From an uncultured Candidatus Saccharibacteria bacterium (GTDB lineage Bacteria; Patescibacteriota; Minisyncoccia; Phycocordibacterales; UBA9973): a DNA stretch of 64,000 nucleotides. How positions within the stretch are numbered: position 1 is the stretch's first letter; each line of letters begins with the position of its first letter. The translations under genes and the position numbers were made by a program. This document shows, piece by piece, positions 55,442 through 62,867 of the stretch. The stretch is from positions 2,072-66,071 of the forward strand of contig CAZUZL010000005.1 of assembly GCA_964625065.1 (NCBI GenBank), given 5' to 3'. The notes under the pieces are model-generated. The model made no database searches, had not been told where the DNA came from, and worked only from the letters and a program-made list of their open reading frames with translations.

Positions 55442-56137
55442 GTGAAGAAAATTTTAGACGATATTCTAAGTTATAGAGAAATGTGTGATTCTGAGAAAAC
55501 CCAAACTATGCAACGTGGGATGAATTTTCGCATGAAACCAACATATTCTGTTATTTTGATGTCCCAAAGATCAAACGCCCCTTACTCAGATAAGGTTTAT
55601 AAAGATGGAGTAACTATTGAATACGAAGGTCATGATGTTTCAAGAAAATACTCAGAAAATCCAAAAGAACAAGATCAGCCTGATAAATTACCAAGCGGTA
55701 CTATAACACAAAATGGTTATTTTATAAAAGCTATTAATGAATATAAAGAAAATAAAAGCAAACCAGAATTAGTAAAAGTTTATGAAAAAGTATTTTCAGG
55801 GGTGTGGTCATTAAAAGGATATTTTGATTTGATAGACTATAAAATCATTCATGATGGAAAGAGAAATGTTTTTCGTTATATTTTAAAATTGTCTGACAGA
55901 AAAGAAAATTCTAATATGGGAGATATTAACATTGGACACACTAGATTAATTCCATCAGAGGTTAAAAGAGAAGTTTGGAAAAGGGATCAAGGAAAATGTG
56001 TTTTATGTGGTGATTCTAAAAACCTCCACTTCGATCATGACTTACCTTTTTCGAAGGGTGGTACAAGTCTTTCTTCAAATAATGTTAAATTGCTTTGCAT
56101 GAAGCATAATTTACAAAAATCGGATAATATCCAATAA
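55442..56137 (+). CDS. HNH endonuclease with an unassigned ~170-aa N-terminal domain (possibly a PUA/SRA-like modified-DNA reader; candidate modification-dependent restriction enzyme)
   Basis: C-terminal HNH motif CVLCGDSKNLHFDHDLPFSKGGTSLSSNNVKLLCMKHNLQKSD. The N-terminal domain was not recognised with certainty. Confidence 0.65.
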   Translation: MKKILDDILSYREMCDSEKTQTMQRGMNFRMKPTYSVILMSQRSNAPYSDKVYKDGVTIEYEGHDVSRKYSENPKEQDQPDKLPSGTITQNGYFIKAINEYKENKSKPELVKVYEKVFSGVWSLKGYFDLIDYKIIHDGKRNVFRYILKLSDRKENSNMGDINIGHTRLIPSEVKREVWKRDQGKCVLCGDSKNLHFDHDLPFSKGGTSLSSNNVKLLCMKHNLQKSDNIQ

Positions 56138-56143
56138 ATTATT

Positions 56144-56174
56144 AAATTTCCCACCAGTCAGACTGGTGGGAAAT
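56144..56174. repeat. REP-like palindrome, copy 3 (aatttcccaccagtcagactggtgggaaatt)
   Basis: Identical core to copy 1. Confidence 0.85.
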
Positions 56175-56256
56175 TCTATGTAAGGGGAGGCCGGTAGGGG
56201 GTATTTATTTTGTTCATTTTTGTGCATTGCAATATTTGTTATGGTATAATTTAGCT

Positions 56257-58218
56257 ATGATAAAAAAGTCTAGTATAGCACTTGTGTTAATGCTTGTTGT
56301 TGGCGGTTTTTGGTTTGGCTTAAGCCATTCTAAAAAAGTTCATGCAGCAACAACTGACAAAATAACCGGTTACGCTTGGTCTACAAACGTGGGCTGGGTT
56401 CGCATGAATTGCGAAAACACAACTTCAGATAACACTTGTGCCACTGTACAGTACGGTGTAGAAGCCGACCATGACACTGGTGTTCTGTCTGGCTACGCAT
56501 GGTCTTCTATAGTGGGTTGGATTTCGTTTAACGAAACTTCTGGTTGCCCTAGTCCTGGGTATAGTCATTATAACGACAACAAAGACTGCCAACCGCGTGC
56601 ATTGTTTAGTTATGGTTCAGGTGGCGCAGACATTGTGGGTTGGGCACAGGTTGTAGGTAGTGGCGAATGGATAAGTCTAAGTTGTTTAAACACATCTACT
56701 TCGTCTAATACATCTGGTTACTGTAACTCTAGTAACCATAAAGTTACATACCCAAACGACAATGGTCCAAGTTTAAATAAAAACGGTGGCCCACTGTCAG
56801 GGTATGCATATGGTTCGGGTGGTACTAGTGTTGGCTGGTTAGATATGTCCAAAACTATTTGGAACATCGGTAGTTTGTTCTGCGACCAGTACCCAAACGA
56901 CCCAGCTTGTGTTAATGCACTTTATTTAGTTGCCACACCTTCTACTGGCGCAACGCCTGGCACAACACCTGGTATAGACCTAGAATGGGGTTCTAACAGT
57001 CACACCGCATTTACAGGTGCATGTACTGCAAGTAGTGTACCTGCTTCTTGGTCTGGAACTAAAACTAAACCGTCTAGTGCAAACAGTTGGTCTGTAACTG
57101 AAACAGCTGTAGCTGTGCCATACCCAAACTTACCTTCTACTGTTATAACTTATAAAATAACATGTCCTACTGGTAGTAGTAGTTCAGTCAGTGCAACAGC
57201 AGATGTAGACGTAAGTATACCAACATGGTCAGTTTCTTTGACAGCAAATGGTAAAACACCTACAGCAACAGTTTCATACGGTGGTAGTTTGTCATTGGTA
57301 TGGTCTACAACTAATGCACCAACAGGTACAACATGTAGTGCACCTATCTGGGCACCAGGCCAAAGTGGTACAAACATAACAACTTCTATAAGCAATGTTA
57401 CAAATTCTGCAAACTATACAGTTGTATGTACACCACCAGGCGGTTCGTCTTATGCTAAAACAGCTTCTGTGCAGGTTAACGTAGTTAAGGTTACTTCTTT
57501 CCCACAAATAGGTTGTTTCCAACCTGGTAACAACCCTGTATTAACTTGGTCTTCTGAAAACGCTGCAACATGTAGTATGTCTGCACCTGGTGGCAGTACA
57601 GTTTCTGGACTTGCCTCATATTCTGGTGGAACTGCATTTACTCAGGGGGCAGGCCAGTACACACTAACATGTAAAGACACTACAAACACATATACTTCAG
57701 GTGGTAACAATTCTATAAACGCAACACAATGTATACCAAACTTCACTATAGATAGTTCAATGTCTTGTAACGGTAACCCTAATGCAAACGGTGGCATTAT
57801 AACAGACAACGCATTTCAGAAACTTGTAGTAAAGTCTGGTGCAGTTTACGTTGCTAAAATTCCGGTAAACATAACACCACAAACAGGGTTTAATTTTGAT
57901 GTTAGTTACACGTTCTTAAAACCAGCAACATCGGCATGGATGCCAGTAACAGTAAAATGGGCAAGCGGTGGGTCTGGTAACGTAGTTGTAAAAACAAATG
58001 CAGGTGGCTATGCAGACACATTAATACTAACCGCGCCAACATTAGCCGACATGCAGGCTTTGTTTACTGGTGTTGCAAACGGTTACCAGGGTGTAACTGT
58101 ACAGGCACAGCGTGTAAACAGTACGCCGGCACAACTTAAACCAAACCCAGCTGTATATAACTTTAGTGTATGTGCACCAGGCGGCGGTGGGGTAAAGCCA
58201 GTATTTATTGAATCTTAA
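56257..58218 (+). CDS. Large secreted Ser/Thr/Gly-rich surface protein with repeated SGYAWSxxVGW motifs
   Basis: Signal peptide MIKKSSIALVLMLVVGGFWFGLSHSKKVHA and four G(Y/W)A(W/Y)S..VGW repeats. TATAAT at 56244-56249 lies 7 nt before the ATG. The ORF track extends the start to TTG at 56227. Confidence 0.5.
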   Translation: MIKKSSIALVLMLVVGGFWFGLSHSKKVHAATTDKITGYAWSTNVGWVRMNCENTTSDNTCATVQYGVEADHDTGVLSGYAWSSIVGWISFNETSGCPSPGYSHYNDNKDCQPRALFSYGSGGADIVGWAQVVGSGEWISLSCLNTSTSSNTSGYCNSSNHKVTYPNDNGPSLNKNGGPLSGYAYGSGGTSVGWLDMSKTIWNIGSLFCDQYPNDPACVNALYLVATPSTGATPGTTPGIDLEWGSNSHTAFTGACTASSVPASWSGTKTKPSSANSWSVTETAVAVPYPNLPSTVITYKITCPTGSSSSVSATADVDVSIPTWSVSLTANGKTPTATVSYGGSLSLVWSTTNAPTGTTCSAPIWAPGQSGTNITTSISNVTNSANYTVVCTPPGGSSYAKTASVQVNVVKVTSFPQIGCFQPGNNPVLTWSSENAATCSMSAPGGSTVSGLASYSGGTAFTQGAGQYTLTCKDTTNTYTSGGNNSINATQCIPNFTIDSSMSCNGNPNANGGIITDNAFQKLVVKSGAVYVAKIPVNITPQTGFNFDVSYTFLKPATSAWMPVTVKWASGGSGNVVVKTNAGGYADTLILTAPTLADMQALFTGVANGYQGVTVQAQRVNSTPAQLKPNPAVYNFSVCAPGGGGVKPVFIES

Positions 58219-58228
58219 TTAAATGTAT

Positions 58229-58258
58229 AAAACAGCATATTTCTAAATATGCTGTTTT
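58229..58258 (+). terminator. Rho-independent terminator
   Basis: aaaacagcatatttctaaatatgctgtttt. Confidence 0.6.
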
Positions 58259-58289
58259 ATTATGTTTTTCGATATGATAGAATAAAAAT

Positions 58290-58574
58290 ATGGAAACATC
58301 TGAACAATATCTAGAAAAAATAAAAAACAGTGACTTGTCTAATAAAACTAAACAAGCCATTGTTGCATTGGTGGGCGAGCAAGTTCTAACCCAGGAATTA
58401 AAAGACCAAGCCAAGGCCATAATTGCCGCTGAAATAGAGGAAGAAACCAAGGGTATGTTTGTAGAAGAAGACGACATGGACATGTCTGCCGGCGTACCAA
58501 GTGGCTTTATAGAAGAAGGTGAAACTAAGGAGACAGAAGCTGAGTCTGAAGACTCTGAACCCGAGGAAATGTAA
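58290..58574 (+). CDS. Hypothetical small acidic protein (94 aa)
   Basis: ORF followed by the bidirectional terminator 58588-58616 (aaaaagccggtggggtacaccggcttttt). Confidence 0.35.
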   Translation: METSEQYLEKIKNSDLSNKTKQAIVALVGEQVLTQELKDQAKAIIAAEIEEETKGMFVEEDDMDMSAGVPSGFIEEGETKETEAESEDSEPEEM

Positions 58575-58632
58575 TGTAGAAAATAAAAAAAAAGCCGGTG
58601 GGGTACACCGGCTTTTTGAATCAAGTAAATAG

Positions 58633-59226
58633 TTATTTATCTACTTTTTTGCGACGTTGGAAAATGAATCTGGTGTCTAAAGGAAAAATATTTTTGGTTT
58701 GCAAATCACCAGCATCAAGTGTCAGAATATTTTCATAGTTGTAGAGAGTAAAGAAGTTGTTGTCATAATTCATGGCAATTACCATCCACTCTTTTTCTTT
58801 TTGATCCAAGTAATTTATACGAAGGCAAGGTCCAATAAGCGGGTGGCAAATATCTAATCCAAATCTTTTAGCCTTAGAAATAATACTTTCGTATCTTACT
58901 TCATTCTTAAAACCAAGGTCGGCAGGTGAAATATTAACTAGCTCAATACTTTCTTCTACCATATTCTGGATGTCGGCATCACAATCGTCGATTATGTAGT
59001 TAGCTAAACCTCCCACTTCAGCAAGCGAGCAATTTCTTTTCAAAAGGTCAATCAAGCCTTCTGCATCTTTTTGAGGTCCAACGGAAATTCTTCTCCAGAT
59101 AGGGAAGGTAATCTCATTGTTTTCGATAATTGTTTTACCTGATAGAAAAAGTTTGACCCCATCCATTCCTCCGAGTTTGTTTACGATGGCCTCTGCTTGG
59201 CCAAAAGTCAGTTGTCCGTATTTCAT
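58633..59226 (-). CDS. Hypothetical protein (197 aa)
   Basis: ORF only; no motif recognised. Confidence 0.4.
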   Translation of the reverse strand: MKYGQLTFGQAEAIVNKLGGMDGVKLFLSGKTIIENNEITFPIWRRISVGPQKDAEGLIDLLKRNCSLAEVGGLANYIIDDCDADIQNMVEESIELVNISPADLGFKNEVRYESIISKAKRFGLDICHPLIGPCLRINYLDQKEKEWMVIAMNYDNNFFTLYNYENILTLDAGDLQTKNIFPLDTRFIFQRRKKVDK

Positions 59227-59464
59227 GATTAAAAATAATGATTAAAAGACTGATAGTCTTTTTGTTGCCGCTGTCCGCGGTAGGAACTAGACTTCATTAT
59301 AACAGTCATAGCCAGGAAACATCACATTGTAATGCCTTTTGGCTATGACAGTTATGTAAAATATTTAAAGAACGTACATTTTTATTATAGCATTTTTAAT
59401 ATAAAAAGTCAAATAAAAATACCCTTATTTTGTAAGGGTATTTTTATGGAACTTTTACTGTTTT

Positions 59465-60304
59465 TTATGATGCTGATGAATTGATAGTAAACATTGCATC
59501 TAAGTATTTCCAGAATGTTGCGTCGTCTGAAAGTTTTGCAACACATTCACTGGCTACTGCTTCCATGCGGGCTTTAGGGTGTAAACCATCTAGTGGGTAG
59601 TGGCGGTAAACCCATGCAACTTTGTCCCCATAGGCGTCTTTTATTTGGTGCATAGTTGTGTGGAAACGTTGGCAGTATGGGCAGTCTGAATCAGAATATT
59701 CCACTATTATTATTGGTGCGTTAGGGCTACCTACAATATGGTCGCCCGGCAGTAGTACTGTTGTTGCAGTGGGTTTCTGTTCTGCTTCTAGTGGTATGGT
59801 TTTACCTGCCAAGCCTGCGTCTATAACTGTTTTTATTGTTTCTATAGGCAAAGACCCAACGATTTGTATTTGTTGGTTAGTGCTTGCAACCATAATTATA
59901 GAAGTTGGTGTGCCTTGTATACCCAGTGGTGCTGCAAGGGCAATCTGGTCTTTTACTGTTTGTTCTGCGTCAGCAGCATCCATACATGCTTCAAATTTGT
60001 TTGCATCAATGCCCATGTTTGTAGCAAAAAGTTCTATAGCACTGTATTCTTTACCATTAGTTGGTTTGTTGTTTGTTTTATCCGGTGCAAAAACAAATAT
60101 CAAGGCAAGACCTATAATAACAGCTGCAGTAACTACAGCTTGGGGCAAACCGAAACCTGTGTTAGTTGTTTGGTTTGCTGTAGCACCCTGTACTGTTTTT
60201 TCAGTATTTTCAGGTGCTATGTTTGTGTCGTTTTGTGTGTTGTGTTCATTTTCCATGTGTGTATTATACCGCGTAGTAGAACTTTTTGGAAGCAAAAAAT
60301 TCAC
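59465..60304 (-). CDS. DsbA-family thiol:disulfide oxidoreductase (thioredoxin fold, CPYC) with an N-terminal membrane anchor and linker
   Basis: SDSDCPYCQRFH active site; a TM segment near the N-terminus; terminator at 59421-59451 (aaaaatacccttattttgtaagggtattttt). Confidence 0.75.
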   Translation of the reverse strand: MNFLLPKSSTTRYNTHMENEHNTQNDTNIAPENTEKTVQGATANQTTNTGFGLPQAVVTAAVIIGLALIFVFAPDKTNNKPTNGKEYSAIELFATNMGIDANKFEACMDAADAEQTVKDQIALAAPLGIQGTPTSIIMVASTNQQIQIVGSLPIETIKTVIDAGLAGKTIPLEAEQKPTATTVLLPGDHIVGSPNAPIIIVEYSDSDCPYCQRFHTTMHQIKDAYGDKVAWVYRHYPLDGLHPKARMEAVASECVAKLSDDATFWKYLDAMFTINSSAS

Positions 60305-60381
60305 TACCCGGCAGCCCCCTTAATTTGTTGCATTAATCTTATTTTATGCTATTATATTCCTATTGCCACTAATGGTAATAA

Positions 60382-60456
60382 GCCGCTTTAGCTCAGTTGG
60401 TAGAGCAATACTTTTGTAAAGTATGGGTCCTCGGTTCAAGTCCGAGAAGCGGCTCA
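60382..60456 (+). tRNA. tRNA-Thr (anticodon TGT)
   Basis: GCCGCTT acceptor, GCTC-AGTTGGTA-GAGC D-arm, ATACT-TTTGTAA-AGTAT anticodon arm, CTCGG-TTCAAGT-CCGAG T-arm, AAGCGGC-T. Confidence 0.9.
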
Positions 60457-60640
60457 AAATCTAGATATCTTAAATAGTTATAAATACATAACTAAAGTAT
60501 GTGGTTCCTGATCAAGTCTGAGAAGGGACTCAAATAATATATATATATTAAATAGTTATAAATACATAACTAAAGTATGTGGTTTCGGTTAAGTCCGAGA
60601 AGCGGCTCCAAGTATAAACTTCTTAAACATTTATAAATAC
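60457..60640 (+). repeat. Two tandem ~70-bp units, each containing a degenerate copy of the tRNA-Thr 3' half (pseudo-att sites)
   Basis: Unit 1 at 60472-60539 and unit 2 at 60547-60614 both begin taaatagttataaatacataactaaagtatgtgg... Their 3' parts mimic the tRNA T-arm and acceptor: ttcctgatcaagtctgagaagggactca and tttcggttaagtccgagaagcggctcca. Confidence 0.7.
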
Positions 60641-60696
60641 ATTAGAACGCGATAAATAAATAAAAGCCCCTTACGGGGCTTTTATTTATTTATCGC
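60640..60696. terminator. Long perfect palindrome / bidirectional terminator (cgcgataaataaataaaagccccttacggggcttttatttatttatcgcg)
   Basis: Roughly 52-bp perfect inverted repeat with a GC core flanked by A/T runs. Confidence 0.6.
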
Positions 60697-61099
60697 GTTC
60701 CTCTTCTTTTATTTTTGCCTTTAGTTGTTTTATTTTATATTTGTATTCTACAACACTACGCCAGAAGAATGAATTTTGGTGTTCCTCGGGGGTAATAGGT
60801 TTTTTCGAGAAGAACGCATATACTCGTGGCATGTTAGTTTCGAAAAACTTTGCTATACGTGCACTTGTGCGTATTCTAAGTTCAGAAATGGTTATAAATG
60901 CACGATGTAGTCCACGACTTATACGATATGCGATAAATTTTAATGTTTGTGTAACAACCCTTTTTTCATGTAATTGTGTTTTATGTATAGTGTCTACTGT
61001 TATAACACCAGTGCGTAGTAAATACGCGCGGTAGCAAGTTGTAACATACAACGCGACAGCAGATAGTATAAATATTACGATTAAAAAAGTTGTACCCAT
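60686..61099 (-). CDS. Hypothetical membrane protein (137 aa)
   Basis: ORF with an N-terminal TM segment, downstream of tsf. Confidence 0.35.
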   Translation of the reverse strand: MGTTFLIVIFILSAVALYVTTCYRAYLLRTGVITVDTIHKTQLHEKRVVTQTLKFIAYRISRGLHRAFITISELRIRTSARIAKFFETNMPRVYAFFSKKPITPEEHQNSFFWRSVVEYKYKIKQLKAKIKEEERDK

Positions 61100-61108
61100 A
61101 TCTATTTA

Positions 61109-61882
61109 TTATACTGTAAATTGAGTAAATGAAACAATACTTGCACCAGCTTCCTTAAGTAGTTGACCGATAGTTTTTGAAGGGTCTTTGATAAAGTTTT
61201 GTTCTACCAAAGTGTATTCCTTAAAATATGTGTCTAGTTTACCTTGAAGTATTTTTGCTTTCATTTCAGCTGGCTTGTCAGATTCGTTAACTTCAGCAGT
61301 AAATAGTTCTGTAACTTTTACTTTGTCGTCTTCACTGATGTCGGCTGTTGTTGTAAAACGTGGGTACATAGCTGTAACATGCATTGCTATGTCGCGTGCT
61401 AGGTCTTTGTTACCACCTTCTAGTACAACTACAGCGGCGTTTTTACCATTGTGGTTGTATGAACCAACTGTAGAACCTGCAAGTACCACAGTTGTACCAA
61501 GTTGGATGTTTTCGCCAATCTTTTGTACTAATGGGTCTATCATTTCTTTTGCTTTCGCTGTTACTGCATCTGTGCCTTCAGTTAACGCAAGGTCGGTTAG
61601 TGTGTTAACTAATGCTACGAAGTCGTCGTTTTTAGCAACGAAGTCTGTTTCGCATAGTAGTGTTATAACAGCTGTTTTGTCAGCGCCGTCTTTAACGTTT
61701 ATCAAACCTGCGCCTAATGTTCGGTCTGATTTTTTAGCAGCACTTGCACTTGATTGTTTGCGTAGCAATATCAAGGCAGTTTCCATGTCGCCTTCACTTT
61801 CTTCTAAAGCTTTTTTACATTGCATTACTGATACACCTGTTGTATCGCGTAATTCTTTTACCATTTCAGTTGTGATTTTCAT
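61109..61882 (-). CDS. tsf: Elongation factor Ts
   Basis: N-terminal UBA-like region (LRDTTGVSVMQCKKALEESEGDMETAL) and the EF-Ts dimerisation domain (LLCETDFVAKN). Confidence 0.9.
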   Translation of the reverse strand: MKITTEMVKELRDTTGVSVMQCKKALEESEGDMETALILLRKQSSASAAKKSDRTLGAGLINVKDGADKTAVITLLCETDFVAKNDDFVALVNTLTDLALTEGTDAVTAKAKEMIDPLVQKIGENIQLGTTVVLAGSTVGSYNHNGKNAAVVVLEGGNKDLARDIAMHVTAMYPRFTTTADISEDDKVKVTELFTAEVNESDKPAEMKAKILQGKLDTYFKEYTLVEQNFIKDPSKTIGQLLKEAGASIVSFTQFTV

Positions 61883-61911
61883 AAGAACAATTTAAATTAA
61901 TGTTTTTAAAA

Positions 61912-62583
61912 TTATTGGTTTTTGTAAGCTTTTTTAAGCTCGTCAATAAAGAATGAAATACTAGATACAGACCCATCGTTAGCAACAATAGGGAATGTAG
62001 CAACGCGGTTGTCGCAGTCTGTGTTCATAAGTGCAATAACTGGTATGTTCATTTTTTGGCATTCAGTAACTGCAATGTGTTCGCGTTTAGCGTCAACAAC
62101 TATAACCGCAGCCGGCATAGCTGTCATTGTTATAAGACCTGAAAAGTTTGTTTCCATATCAGCTATTTCACGGTCGATAAGTAAACGTTCTTTCTTAGTG
62201 TATTTTTCAAGTTCACCACTGTCGCGGTCAGCTTTTAGTTGTATTAAGCGGGCGATACGTTTTTTAATTTCAGAAAAGTTTGTTAACACACCACCTACCC
62301 AACGTTCAGTTACAGAAAGGGTACTAGTGTCGGTTGCAGCATCTAATACTGCTTTTTTGGCTTCAGGTTTTACCCCGACCCAAAGTATTTGTTTGCCTTT
62401 TGAACCAAGGTCTTTCAAAAATGTTTTTGCATTTTCTAGTTGAACTTCAGTTTGTGTAAGGTCGATAATATCAACACGGTTTTTGGTGCCGTATATAAAT
62501 TTTGATGCAGAAGGGTGGCGACGAGTTTTTGAATACCCGAAATGCGCACCTTTTTCGAACATCGTGTCAATAAGGTTAGACAT
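61912..62583 (-). CDS. rpsB: 30S ribosomal protein S2
   Basis: GAHFGYSKTRRHPS...ILWVGVK...ERWVGGVLTNF...VIVVDAKREHIAVTECQKMNIPVIAL. Confidence 0.95.
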   Translation of the reverse strand: MSNLIDTMFEKGAHFGYSKTRRHPSASKFIYGTKNRVDIIDLTQTEVQLENAKTFLKDLGSKGKQILWVGVKPEAKKAVLDAATDTSTLSVTERWVGGVLTNFSEIKKRIARLIQLKADRDSGELEKYTKKERLLIDREIADMETNFSGLITMTAMPAAVIVVDAKREHIAVTECQKMNIPVIALMNTDCDNRVATFPIVANDGSVSSISFFIDELKKAYKNQ

Positions 62584-62717
62584 AAAAAATTCTATGGTTA
62601 ATTATATAATGCTTCCGTTTTTAAGCATTCCAGCCTATTTACAAAGGGTTTTAACCTTCACGGAAGTAATGCCATAGTACCAGAAAAACGCCTATTTTGC
62701 AAGGTGGGGGATTGTTC

Positions 62718-62817
62718 ATCCCCTCCTTGTGGAGGAGGGGTGGCACTCCTGTGACGGGGTGGTGATTAAATTAGTCACCACCTCGCCCTGCGGGCACTCC
62801 TCCTCAATAAGGAGGAG
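62718..62817. repeat. Repeat family 2, inverted pair (copy B at 62718-62767 inverted, copy C at 62772-62817 direct) between divergent rpsB and proS
   Basis: The reverse complement of B is near-identical to 44433-44483 with one mismatch. C is a diverged direct copy (tagtcaccacctcgccctgcgggcactcctcctcaataaggaggag). Confidence 0.7.
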
Positions 62818-62867
62818 ATTAGTCATCGTTTGTAAAAACCCTTTTTTTAGAGTAGTATGTCTATATA

